Below, in pieces: positions 38,121 through 47,473 of a DNA stretch of 64,000 bases (positions are counted from its first letter, which is position 1; each line of letters starts with the position of its first letter). The DNA lies in IMG/VR virus record IMGVR_UViG_3300032321_001536. One strand, written 5' to 3'. Both the position numbers and the translations under genes were made by a program. The DNA is from a virus. The notes under the pieces are model-generated. The model was not told where the DNA came from. It ran no database searches and saw only the letters and a program-made list of their open reading frames with translations.

Positions 38121-38333
38121 TTACATTAATTCTTGTTTATCACAAAGACTGATTTCAAGTCTTTTTATTAATTCACAGAGCATTTTATAATGCTCGTCCT
38201 CTTTTCCTTCTTTAAGAAGAACTCCCATTTCATCTTGACACTCATAAAGTTTAGTTAATAATATTTGTTCACGAGTTTTAGTTGACATAATTTTATATTT
38301 CCACAAATATAATACTTTTATTATAAATATCAA
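38121..38333 (-). CDS. hypothetical protein (70 aa)
   Basis: ORF. Confidence 0.4.
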   Translation of the reverse strand: MIFIIKVLYLWKYKIMSTKTREQILLTKLYECQDEMGVLLKEGKEDEHYKMLCELIKRLEISLCDKQELM

Positions 38334-38379
38334 ACATTTTAAAATTTATTTGACACTTAACTAAATAAATATATACTGT

Positions 38380-39459
38380 ATGGCATCAAGATTATTTTGT
38401 TACAACCCATCACCGAATCCTTTAATATCAGGAACCGACCAAGTCGGAAGTATAGCAGCCGTTACAGGAGTTGTAGTTCCTGATACAAGTTTAGAGTGGT
38501 GGAATGGACCAGATGAGGATCCTGGATATATTATTGCCTATAGCGAACTAACTGGAAACAGACCAAATGCGCCTGAAAGAATTTTATCAGTTAACTACAT
38601 TTGTCATATAGGATTTTTTAGAACACCGGTCAAAACTGACCAAAGTTTTATTGATTTAACTCAAATAGTTACTGGAAACTATTCTTTAACATCGGCTACT
38701 CAATCTAAAGAGTATTTAAATAACAATGGATATTGGACATCATATACAGCTTCTGTCGCACCTCCTTCGATAGTCGGAAATCAATTTACATTCTTCGATA
38801 TTACCAATCCAATCAGTTATTCAGGTGGTGATTACTGGTTAGATTTAAGTGATAATGGGCTTCAAGCATATCTTAATGGTGGAACAACTTATTCAGCAAC
38901 CAATGGTGGATTATTTGATTTTGATGGAATTGATGATACTATGAGTATTAATGACTATACGAATTTTATTTTTCAATTACAAACCGATGATTATAGAACT
39001 TTTCAAATTTGGGCTAAACTAGATACACTGCCTGTATCTGGATTTATGCCAATTTTTGGAAAGCTCTCAAGTTCTTATGGATTCGATGGTTATTTTTTAG
39101 CAGTAAATAGTAATGGAACAGTTCGTTGTGTCACAAATGGAACATCAATAAACAGAATTAGCACTTCAACTGCAACTGTATCTGCTGGAGCTTGGTATTT
39201 CTATACATTTACAACCGTGATTTCAGCAACAGCTGGTTCTACTCAAGTTTGGTTAAACACTACTCAGATAATTTCTGCTACTCACGGAACCGATACTTAT
39301 AATGAGTCTAATCCATTCTATTTTGGATATATTGGATCAGGTGTGAGTTCGCAATATTTAAATGGAAAAATTGGAGATTTCTATGTTTATGGTGAACAAT
39401 TCACACAATCACAGATTCAAAATAATTTTGATGCTACAAAAACACGATTCGGACTCTAA
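38380..39459 (+). CDS. fibre/receptor-binding-like protein, paralog A, with C-terminal concanavalin-A/LamG-like domain
   Basis: N-terminal 125 aa ~65% identical to next gene; C-terminus FQIWAKLD...AWYFYTFTT...TQVWLNTTQI LamG-like. Confidence 0.6.
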   Translation: MASRLFCYNPSPNPLISGTDQVGSIAAVTGVVVPDTSLEWWNGPDEDPGYIIAYSELTGNRPNAPERILSVNYICHIGFFRTPVKTDQSFIDLTQIVTGNYSLTSATQSKEYLNNNGYWTSYTASVAPPSIVGNQFTFFDITNPISYSGGDYWLDLSDNGLQAYLNGGTTYSATNGGLFDFDGIDDTMSINDYTNFIFQLQTDDYRTFQIWAKLDTLPVSGFMPIFGKLSSSYGFDGYFLAVNSNGTVRCVTNGTSINRISTSTATVSAGAWYFYTFTTVISATAGSTQVWLNTTQIISATHGTDTYNESNPFYFGYIGSGVSSQYLNGKIGDFYVYGEQFTQSQIQNNFDATKTRFGL

Positions 39460-39477
39460 ATAATTAATAGATAGTAA

Positions 39478-40593
39478 ATGGCAACCTCAAGAGCATTTTG
39501 TTATAACCCATCACCAAATCCACCAATATCGGGAACTGAACAGATTGGAAGTATCGCAGCAGTAACCGGTAATGTCTCAATAGATGGAAGTCTACAATGG
39601 TGGAACGGACCAGATGAAGATTTAGGATATATTATAGCGTATGTAGATCCATCTGGTGATAGACCAAATGCGCCTGAGAGAACCTTTTTAACTAACTATG
39701 TTTGTAATATTGGTTTCTTTAGGTCAGCTGCAAAAACAGAACAAAGTTTTGTTGATTTAGTTCAAATTATTTCAGCAAGCACCTCTCTTATATTAGCTTC
39801 ACAATCTAAAACTTGGTTAAATAATAACGGATATTGGACATCATATTCAACTGTCTCTACATTAGGAACTATTGGTAATCCAGCAGTAAGTGCTCAAGCA
39901 ATTTATAATTCCGGACAAACAACAAGTGGTTGGTATTATATACAAACATCTAATATGACATCTGCTAAACAGATATATTGTAATATGACCGATGAAGGTG
40001 GTGGTTGGATGTTAATGAGTTATAGTCCAAATAATATTGCTGGGGTTCCTTTGGGTGCTCCACTGGGAATTCCTTATCCAAACCAATGGTTAGGTGGAAC
40101 TGGTTCACTTACTTCTATAGTTTCAATTGATGCTAGAGAAGTTTGGTATCATAATGGATTAGCTCAGTGTTCACAAGTTATGAAAATAGCATCAACGACC
40201 GCGTCATTAGTTCCTTTGGTATCTAATGTTCAGATTGCTAATAAAGTTATTTATAGTAATCCAAATAACTTAAGATTAAGTGCCACCTTCTCTACCACAC
40301 TGAATAATAACACACCTATGACAGGAACTTGGTCAGGTATTAAAGGACACACTTTAATGAATACTAGTTTAGCGGTAAATGCACCAGGTGATTGGATTTA
40401 TGCTGTTAATACTTGGTGGACAGTTTGTGGCCCATCTACTCAGTTATCTGCGGATGGTCGAAGTGGTAATGCTCAAGGATCAGGATCATGGACAAATATT
40501 TCAAATAGTAATATTTATGGTATGGCAGATGTTGCTGCTACCACTAGTTCATTTAGGTCAGATATTAAAACATATGCTGTTTATATTAAATAA
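39478..40593 (+). CDS. fibre/receptor-binding-like protein, paralog B, with different C-terminal domain
   Basis: shared N-terminal module (FCYNPSPNP...WWNGPDED...RPNAPER...NNNGYWTSY) then unrelated C-terminus. Confidence 0.6.
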   Translation: MATSRAFCYNPSPNPPISGTEQIGSIAAVTGNVSIDGSLQWWNGPDEDLGYIIAYVDPSGDRPNAPERTFLTNYVCNIGFFRSAAKTEQSFVDLVQIISASTSLILASQSKTWLNNNGYWTSYSTVSTLGTIGNPAVSAQAIYNSGQTTSGWYYIQTSNMTSAKQIYCNMTDEGGGWMLMSYSPNNIAGVPLGAPLGIPYPNQWLGGTGSLTSIVSIDAREVWYHNGLAQCSQVMKIASTTASLVPLVSNVQIANKVIYSNPNNLRLSATFSTTLNNNTPMTGTWSGIKGHTLMNTSLAVNAPGDWIYAVNTWWTVCGPSTQLSADGRSGNAQGSGSWTNISNSNIYGMADVAATTSSFRSDIKTYAVYIK

Positions 40594-40601
40594 AATTAAT
40601 T

Positions 40602-40799
40602 ATGGAAAATCTAAGACAAATAAATGATATAAATTATATACCAAATAAGGGTGATAGTGTTTATTTAGATAACAGATATGGTTGTTTATTAGATGATGAA
40701 TTTACTCAAATTCTCTGGACTGATAATAACGAAACAATTGAGTGGATAGGTGGATGGGAAACATTTATTCAATCAGGTGGATTTGTTTTAATAATATAG
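40602..40799 (+). CDS. small hypothetical protein (65 aa)
   Basis: ORF 8 nt after paralog B. Confidence 0.3.
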   Translation: MENLRQINDINYIPNKGDSVYLDNRYGCLLDDEFTQILWTDNNETIEWIGGWETFIQSGGFVLII

Positions 40800-40862
40800 T
40801 TTCTAATTCCAATATTCCGTAAATTCGAACCCAAATACGTGATTATGGAAATAATTACTGGA

Positions 40863-41582
40863 TTAATTTGTTATTTCAATTAACTTCTTAACAACTTCTA
40901 TTCCTTCTTTGTTAAATGGTATTGGATAGAATTTAGGTGTTACTTTATCAACTCTGGTTTTCCATTCACCTTGTTTATGAATTAAATTCCAATCAACATA
41001 ATAATCTAAATACTTATTAAAAAATTCCTTATATCTAGAATATTTATCTATAATTTTGTATTTTTTATTTTCTCTTTCTTCTTCAGTGTCTCTACTATCT
41101 TGACCATAATCTATATAAAATCCTTCATAATTATCTGGACAAGAATCTAACCAATTGTGTTTACCAAAAACCTCTATTCTAAAATCATCTGAATATATAC
41201 CATCTATACCTAAAACATTTTCACAATATAATTTAAATTCTTTCCACGTTTTTATATCATCAGTTTTTGGAGTTGAACCGATTAATCTATACTTAAGATC
41301 TATTCTGGAGGTTTTATCATCAAACATACCACCTAAAAGAATATATTTTGAACTAACATATTCTAAGCCAATATCATCCATTCTTTTATCAGCAGTAAAC
41401 AATTCTCTAATACACTCCATATTATCAATTTTATCATCACTTGTTAGACTAATTGAAAAGTGTGATTCGATTCCTTCTATTTTAAAAGTAAATCCCATGT
41501 CTTTAAACTCTATGAATATATCTTCAATAGACTTTGAAATATCAGAATCTTTGGATTCTACTATTTTAGAAAATTTCCTCAT
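40863..41582 (-). CDS. hypothetical protein (239 aa)
   Basis: ORF. Confidence 0.5.
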   Translation of the reverse strand: MRKFSKIVESKDSDISKSIEDIFIEFKDMGFTFKIEGIESHFSISLTSDDKIDNMECIRELFTADKRMDDIGLEYVSSKYILLGGMFDDKTSRIDLKYRLIGSTPKTDDIKTWKEFKLYCENVLGIDGIYSDDFRIEVFGKHNWLDSCPDNYEGFYIDYGQDSRDTEEERENKKYKIIDKYSRYKEFFNKYLDYYVDWNLIHKQGEWKTRVDKVTPKFYPIPFNKEGIEVVKKLIEITN

Positions 41583-41755
41583 TTTATTATATATTAAATA
41601 AATATAATAACTAACTGATTCTTAATTTTTTTACACATGTGAGAAAAAAATTCACATTTAAAAATATTTTATAAAAAATTATATTTCTCTGTATCTATTG
41701 ATAATATTATAGTTTTCAATCAAATAAACTGTGCATGCATAATTTTTTTTGTTTC

Positions 41756-41769
41756 AAAGTTAATATATA
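41756..41769. promoter_or_regulatory. AAAGTTAATATATA motif, second exact copy, ~45 nt upstream of the T9SS cargo gene
   Basis: identical to 22024..22037. Confidence 0.3.
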
Positions 41770-41813
41770 CCTATGTTGACTTTAGGGTCAAATAAAAAAA
41801 ATTAACCACTACT

Positions 41814-43718
41814 ATGAAAATTTTTAAAATTATTAGCAGCTTGCTGTTACTAATGGCCTTTGCTACGTCAGTAAAGGCACAAAACGGTCCACCATCACCA
41901 TCTAATGGAATCTGGGGAATCATCGACACCAACTATCAAGTTGGAACAAGTGTTCAGGGTCACACAACCGCAAAATTGACTTTACAGAACACTACTTTTA
42001 ATAAAATAACTGGAGTTCAGTTTAGAGTATTTTATGATAAAAATGCTTTTTCTTCCGTAGCTGTATCTCTTGTAAATCCAGGAGCAAACCTTTATGTTCA
42101 GAGTTTAGATAACAATGTTAATGGGTATGTTACAATCACTTTAGTTTATACTGGATCAAGTTCTACTTATACACTTCCAAATGGTGAAACGTTCTTGTTA
42201 GACTTCACACATATTATACCAAGTTCATCTTTTCAAGCTTTAGCGGCAATTGGTAACTTGACTTGGACCGGTGTAAATGCTTATCCACAAGTTGCGGCAG
42301 AACAACCAGGAAATGATATAGCTCTTTCGTTACATAACTACGGAGGTAACTTTATCAGACCTACATTAGACTATCACGGAACATTTACTAATGTTACTGG
42401 CTCAGCTGCTAAAAACCTATCATTGGCTTTAGAGAAAAAACCTAAGACATCAAACGTTTGGGCACAACACTCAACTTATATGACAGATATCAACGGTGAC
42501 TTTCAATTAAGTGAAACTATTGATACAACATTCTGGGATGTAAGATTAGCAATTCAAGGAGATACAATGGCGGTTGGAAACGTAATCTCTGTAGCAGATG
42601 CTCAACAAATAAATCAATGGATTTTAGGTTCTTCTAACCCACAATCTTGGGATTATTATCACTCTGATGTTAACGCTGATAACAACTTAACTATATCAGA
42701 TGCTTGGGGTGTGTTTGGTAGAATCTCTGGAAGATTTGCGGTATGGCCAAACAACGTAAAAGATGTTAAGTTCTTTAGTGTGTCTGAATATAACACAATC
42801 ACAGGAACACCAGCGACTAACTACACAACAACAATCACTGGTCAAACAAACTTCTATTTCAATATCTTACCTAATCAACCTGACTCTGTAACTTTCTATG
42901 TTTTAGTTCCGGGAGATGCTAACAACACAGGATATCACATGGCACGTTTAGTTCCAATTGAAATTGAAAACCCTGCTAATGCACCTACACACTTAATTGA
43001 TGAGTCTGTTATTTATGACTTCAATGTTTCATCTGTTGAAGTAAACGTTCCATCTCTTTCAGTTGAAGAAGGAAACTTAGTGAAACTTCCGGTTAAATTA
43101 TTTACTGGTGGTAAAAGTGTTGGAGCTTTACAACTATCATTAAAATATGATGAAGAGTTGTTAGAGTTTATTGAATTAAATAATAGTGAAAAATCTATGA
43201 ACTGGATGAGTTTTATTAATCCTATGGACGGAATCGTTGAGTGGGGTGGATATGACGCTTCATTAAATGAAAATCTTTTCGTAGACGGTGAGACAGTTTT
43301 CACACTTAACTTTTTAGCTAAAAAACCACAAGGTGAGTGGGCTGTAAGTCCTCTTTATACAACAAGAAAATTTGTTGGTGATGAGTCAGCTACTGATATG
43401 GAAGTTACACCAACTAACGGAGTTTATGAAGTTAAATCTCTTAATGGTGTTGAATTAAAAGATAACGAAATTCTTGTTTATCCTAACCCAACTACTGGAG
43501 AAGTTATTATCAAATTTAATGTATCAATTGATGGTAATGTAAGTTTAGCTTTTGTAGACGGAAATGGTAAAAGAGCAATTACAGTATTTGAACAATATAT
43601 GCCGAGTGGGAATTATGCTTACTCAGCTACTTTAGAAAGTCTAAGACCAGGAACTTATTACACTACACTTACTACTCAAGCGGGTATATCTGTGAATAAA
43701 ACTATTTTGGCGAAATAA
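41814..43718 (+). CDS. secreted multidomain protein with type IX secretion system C-terminal sorting domain (T9SS CTD, Por_Secre_tail type), two cohesin-like modules and dockerin-type calcium loops
   Basis: signal peptide ...ATSVKAQ; C-terminus ILVYPNPTTGEVIIKF...GNYAYSATLESLRPGTYYTTLTT...KTILAK; cohesin-like GNLVKLPVKL...LSLKYDEELLEF. Confidence 0.8.
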   Translation: MKIFKIISSLLLLMAFATSVKAQNGPPSPSNGIWGIIDTNYQVGTSVQGHTTAKLTLQNTTFNKITGVQFRVFYDKNAFSSVAVSLVNPGANLYVQSLDNNVNGYVTITLVYTGSSSTYTLPNGETFLLDFTHIIPSSSFQALAAIGNLTWTGVNAYPQVAAEQPGNDIALSLHNYGGNFIRPTLDYHGTFTNVTGSAAKNLSLALEKKPKTSNVWAQHSTYMTDINGDFQLSETIDTTFWDVRLAIQGDTMAVGNVISVADAQQINQWILGSSNPQSWDYYHSDVNADNNLTISDAWGVFGRISGRFAVWPNNVKDVKFFSVSEYNTITGTPATNYTTTITGQTNFYFNILPNQPDSVTFYVLVPGDANNTGYHMARLVPIEIENPANAPTHLIDESVIYDFNVSSVEVNVPSLSVEEGNLVKLPVKLFTGGKSVGALQLSLKYDEELLEFIELNNSEKSMNWMSFINPMDGIVEWGGYDASLNENLFVDGETVFTLNFLAKKPQGEWAVSPLYTTRKFVGDESATDMEVTPTNGVYEVKSLNGVELKDNEILVYPNPTTGEVIIKFNVSIDGNVSLAFVDGNGKRAITVFEQYMPSGNYAYSATLESLRPGTYYTTLTTQAGISVNKTILAK

Positions 43719-43784
43719 TAAATATAATTAACCACTGGGGAACTGGTGGTTGATTATCTAAAAAATAAAAAAAAAAAGTAAACT

Positions 43785-44132
43785 ATGGCAAGAAAGAAAG
43801 CAGAAGAACAAGAACCAGAAGAAAACTCTTGGTCTGGACTTAGGAAAACAATCATCGGTACTTTAACAACTGTTATCGCAGGTGGAGGAGTTTGGTTATC
43901 AACAATATTATTCGGTGGTGGTAGTGAAGAACCTAAAGAAGAAGTAAAAACTGAGCAAACAGCACCTGCTGGTCAAGCTCCAGTTATTGTAAATGTTCAA
44001 CAAAATCAGGAGAACAAACAAAAAGTTGAAAACGGTGGCAATACCGTTATCAGAGAAAGAGTGATTGAGAAATCACCTACACCAACTCAAGAACAACCAA
44101 AACCAAAGAAAGAAGAAGAAGATTCTTGGTAA
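43785..44132 (+). CDS. single-pass membrane protein, E/K/Q/P-rich tail
   Basis: TM segment IIGTLTTVIAGGGVWLSTILFGGG. Confidence 0.5.
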   Translation: MARKKAEEQEPEENSWSGLRKTIIGTLTTVIAGGGVWLSTILFGGGSEEPKEEVKTEQTAPAGQAPVIVNVQQNQENKQKVENGGNTVIRERVIEKSPTPTQEQPKPKKEEEDSW

Positions 44133-44162
44133 ATAAAATTATAACAAAAAAAAAATTAGAAT

Positions 44163-44765
44163 ATGATAAAAAACTTTTTTAGCAGTAAAACAGATTATGT
44201 TAAAGTAGAAGACAAAAACCGTTTCTACTACATGCTTCAACAAATGCAAGCAAATAGATGGAGAATCACCGCAATAGTATTGGGTATTTTTGTTCTTATA
44301 ATTTTAGGAATAAATGCAGGTGTATTTTTCGGAGCATCAATTGGTGAAGATTGGAAAGAAATGTTACTTATCCTTTTAGGTGCCTTTGTTGGTAACTTAA
44401 ATAAAGTAGTTGATTACTGGTTTAATTCAGAAGATAGAGACAAAATGTTAATTCAAAAGGTTGATGAAGAAGACGGTGTTGTTTTATCTAACGTAGCAGA
44501 GTATCCAGATGATAAAAAAAAAAGTAGTATCGTAACTGAAGAAGTAGTTGCTGAAGAAGTAGTTGCTGAAGAACCAGTTTTTGAAAAAGTTGAAGTTGAT
44601 GAAGATGGAGATGGAGTAAATGATGGATATGATACTGACGGTGATGGTGATATTGACGAATACTTTGAACACAGAAATTGTGAACACGTTTGGGGAGATG
44701 CCGATGGAGATGGTTATGAAGAATGTCAAATTTGTGGACTTCTTAGAAACCAAACTGAGGAATAA
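44163..44765 (+). CDS. membrane protein with EEVVA repeats, Asp-rich calcium-binding-like region and C-terminal Cys cluster
   Basis: TM ITAIVLGIFVLIILGINAGVFF; EEVVAEEVVAEE; DEDGDGVNDGYDTDGDGDIDE; CEHVW...CQICG. Confidence 0.55.
   Translation: MIKNFFSSKTDYVKVEDKNRFYYMLQQMQANRWRITAIVLGIFVLIILGINAGVFFGASIGEDWKEMLLILLGAFVGNLNKVVDYWFNSEDRDKMLIQKVDEEDGVVLSNVAEYPDDKKKSSIVTEEVVAEEVVAEEPVFEKVEVDEDGDGVNDGYDTDGDGDIDEYFEHRNCEHVWGDADGDGYEECQICGLLRNQTEE
44538..44573 (+). repeat. 15-nt direct tandem repeat gaagaagtagttgct x2 (+partial)
   Basis: seen directly; encodes EEVVA x2. Confidence 0.7.
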
Positions 44766-44788
44766 ACCAAATAAAAAAATAAAACATT

Positions 44789-45517
44789 ATGAAACCACTA
44801 CGATTACTTTTAATAATGACATCTATGCTACTTGGCTTTACCCAAGTAGCATTTAGTCAGATTGGTTCTGTGAAAACAGAATCATATCAAGCATCTTTTG
44901 AGAAAACACAATCAATTGATAGTGTATCTAATTACACAGATACAATACAAATTCCTATTCAACTACTTAAAATTGGCATCAATGCTGAACTTTATGAACT
45001 TTATCCTGAATTAAAGGATAAGAGAGTTGGTTTGGGTGTCACTAATATCGTAATTGAATATTTAGAAATGACCGGTAGATTTGTTTTTACCGAAGAGAAA
45101 GAAGAAATCAAACAAAGGATGATTGCACAAGATAAAGCATCAGACAAAGGTGTTTCTTCAAATAAGATTGAAGTAAAAGGAAACGTTGTTTTAGCAAAAT
45201 ACTTTGTTTATATCGAAGTTTATGATTTCTCTGTATCAGAAGATGAAGTAGTTAAAGTAAATGGCGAACAAAAAACAACTCAAACTACAAGATTAGGATT
45301 ACAAATCAAATTTGTAGATGCTGAAACTAGTGAAGTATTAGTAGGATCTGGTTTAGGAGAAGCTTCAACGATTAAAACCGAATCTATTTTAGATGGTGTT
45401 GAAGACGGTGTTAAATTTAACCAATCAACAATTGGTATAACAACTAAAAAAGCATTAGAAACATCTTCTTCAAGAGTTGTTACAAGAATGATTAAAAAAG
45501 GAATATTTAAAAGCTAA
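44789..45517 (+). CDS. CsgG/TolB-N-like periplasmic/outer-membrane lipoprotein-like protein
   Basis: signal peptide ...VAFSQ; KDKRVGLGVTNIVIEYLEMTGRFVFTEEKEEIKQ resembles CsgG core (R-V-A-V...TGRF-V-ER). Confidence 0.45.
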   Translation: MKPLRLLLIMTSMLLGFTQVAFSQIGSVKTESYQASFEKTQSIDSVSNYTDTIQIPIQLLKIGINAELYELYPELKDKRVGLGVTNIVIEYLEMTGRFVFTEEKEEIKQRMIAQDKASDKGVSSNKIEVKGNVVLAKYFVYIEVYDFSVSEDEVVKVNGEQKTTQTTRLGLQIKFVDAETSEVLVGSGLGEASTIKTESILDGVEDGVKFNQSTIGITTKKALETSSSRVVTRMIKKGIFKS

Positions 45518-47473
45518 ATGAAAATTTATAAATTTTTAATTGCTTTTATTTTTTTATTATTATCAACGATTGAATTAAAAGCACAAACATTTCTTTATTC
45601 TTATACAGACCCATGCACTGGTTTGTTAAAAAGTTTAACAGTTCCTACTAATGGGGTTACTGTGACTTATTTTGGTCAAATACAAACTTTTAATCCGTCT
45701 GATTTTCAAAACGGTGTTTTCGATCAGTGGGCTAATGGAGTATTAAGCACTTACGGAAACGAAAATCCCTGTGGATCTGTTATTGGTGTTGGAACCAGTG
45801 TTGATATAGCTCAAGGTTCCGCTATCAACTTTATATCGATCATAAATAATATATCAGCATTAAGTGAACTTCAAAGTGCCATGGGTGGAGGATCACTTAA
45901 TACAATGAGTGTGATAGAAAGTACTAAGTCTGCATCTGGTAAGAAAGATAAAAAAGATAAGAATAACACAACCAACGGAACTAATCAAACTGTAACAAAT
46001 TCAAATATTGAATCGGGAAATAATTCTAATCAATCAAATGAAAATGGTCAAAGTGGAAATAGTGGTTCTAACACTTCACAAAATAGTAACGGACAAAATG
46101 GCGGTGAATCTGGAACTTCCGGTCAAAATTCATCTAATCAAAGTGGAGGATCTAATAATCAAAATAGTGAATCTTCTAACAACAATTCCGAAACAACAAA
46201 TGGTGAGAATAATCAAAGTAGTAACTCTCAAAGTAGTAACTCTCAAAATACTAACGGTGGATCAAATTCAAATAATTCATCCAACTCGAATCAAAATGGT
46301 GAGAGTAATCAGACAACATCAAATGGTCAATCACAAAGTAACTCAAATGAAAATGGCAATTTATCAACTCAATCAGGAGAAGGTGGTCAAAATCAAGGAG
46401 GTGAAAATGGAGGTTCAATTAATTCAACCGGTCAATTAAATCAAACTTTATCAGGATCGACACAAAATGGTCAGAATGAAGGTGGTAACAATTCACAAAA
46501 TAATCAATCATCTCAAAATTCTACAACTGAGAACACTCAAAACGAAAATGGTCAGTCCGGTCAAAACAACCAGAATTCAAACTCTACTAGTTCTGAACAA
46601 CAGTCTGGTCAAAATTTAAATAACTCTGAAAACACATCTCAGAATTCTTCAGAATCGTCCAATACACAAACTGGTTCTCAAACTTCTAATGGTTCTAATG
46701 GTAGTTCAGGATCTAGTCAAGAATCTAGTGGTAATCCACCAAATGGTTCTGAAAGTGCAACAGAAACCACAGAAGAAAAAAAGATTAACTCTTTAGGTGG
46801 AACTGTAAACTCAACTCAAAGATCTACTGAAAGTAATAAACCACAAATTGTTTTGAGTTCTGATTTTGCTGGATTTAACTTTAGAGATAAAGAAGTAAGT
46901 TTTGGTGGTAAAGGAACCGCTGGATACACTTCTATGAGATGGGATGGTAAAAGAAGTTATGGAGTTCTTTTAGATTACACATCTATTATTAGAGGACCAA
47001 ATGTAACAGGATTCTGGGCTAATATGGCAAAAAGAAGAATCGATTTAATTTCTGTAACCGCTACTATTAGTTTTTACGGTAGAGGTTCTCAATACGGAAC
47101 ATTAGCTTTAGGTCAAATGTGGAGTTTTCCTAAAGTTAAAAATTTAAAAGCTATCTATTTAGCAACTGGTTCATTTGGAAATGTTTATGGTGAAACATTT
47201 TTAGGAACAGCAGCAATTGCTGGTGGAATGTATGACTGGAAAGTTTCTAAAAGAATTGATGTTAAACTAATGAATCTATTTATATACGCTCCTTATGTGA
47301 GTTACTATAATGATATTTTACTTAAATCTCCTTATGTTATTATGCCAATTATCGGGACTAATATCGGAATAACAAAGAAATTCAAATTCAATGTTAATTT
47401 CGGAGGAGCTTATGCGATAAATGAAAACGTAATGAACTTCACTTTGATGTTTGGAACAAGATTAGCAATATGA
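45518..47473 (+). CDS. secreted protein: signal peptide, ~275-aa S/N/Q/G-rich low-complexity region, C-terminal beta-barrel-like domain (possibly PorP/SprF-like outer-membrane protein)
   Basis: signal ...IELKAQ; alternating hydrophobic beta-strand pattern in last ~210 aa; PorP/SprF assignment is tentative. Confidence 0.55.
   Translation: MKIYKFLIAFIFLLLSTIELKAQTFLYSYTDPCTGLLKSLTVPTNGVTVTYFGQIQTFNPSDFQNGVFDQWANGVLSTYGNENPCGSVIGVGTSVDIAQGSAINFISIINNISALSELQSAMGGGSLNTMSVIESTKSASGKKDKKDKNNTTNGTNQTVTNSNIESGNNSNQSNENGQSGNSGSNTSQNSNGQNGGESGTSGQNSSNQSGGSNNQNSESSNNNSETTNGENNQSSNSQSSNSQNTNGGSNSNNSSNSNQNGESNQTTSNGQSQSNSNENGNLSTQSGEGGQNQGGENGGSINSTGQLNQTLSGSTQNGQNEGGNNSQNNQSSQNSTTENTQNENGQSGQNNQNSNSTSSEQQSGQNLNNSENTSQNSSESSNTQTGSQTSNGSNGSSGSSQESSGNPPNGSESATETTEEKKINSLGGTVNSTQRSTESNKPQIVLSSDFAGFNFRDKEVSFGGKGTAGYTSMRWDGKRSYGVLLDYTSIIRGPNVTGFWANMAKRRIDLISVTATISFYGRGSQYGTLALGQMWSFPKVKNLKAIYLATGSFGNVYGETFLGTAAIAGGMYDWKVSKRIDVKLMNLFIYAPYVSYYNDILLKSPYVIMPIIGTNIGITKKFKFNVNFGGAYAINENVMNFTLMFGTRLAI
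45950..46780 (+). repeat. coding low-complexity/degenerate repeat region (NS/NQ/GS-rich)
   Basis: reiterated aat/agt/caa/ggt codons; alt-frame ORF 46008..46439 is an artefact of this. Confidence 0.6.

Noticed and set aside
40379-41601. ORFs 40379..40627 and 41155..41601 (+), and likewise 43013..43303, 44484..44753, 44620..44856, 56244..56510, 56921..57139, 57527..57736, 60531..60770, 51249..51461, 36652..36855, 12695..12949, 13894..14223, 9487..9699, 6070..6270, 4887..5141, 2530..2796, 22057..22308, 26028..26213
   Set aside because: All lie inside or antisense to longer ORFs with recognisable domains or signal peptides. Considered spurious.
43719-43784. Hairpin aaccac tggggaactg gtggtt after the T9SS cargo gene as a terminator
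   Set aside because: Stem is only 6 bp and is followed by an A-rich rather than a T-rich tract on the + strand. Probably not an efficient intrinsic terminator.
46008-46439. 143-aa + strand ORF inside the 45518..47473 gene
   Set aside because: Alternative frame of a low-complexity repeat region. The translation (MNREIILINQMKMVKVEIVV...) is frame-shift noise of the S/N-rich coding repeats.
45518-47473. Confident PorP/SprF call for the C-terminal domain
   Set aside because: Only the beta-strand periodicity and context support it. I could not recognise family-specific motifs by eye, so it is reported as tentative.
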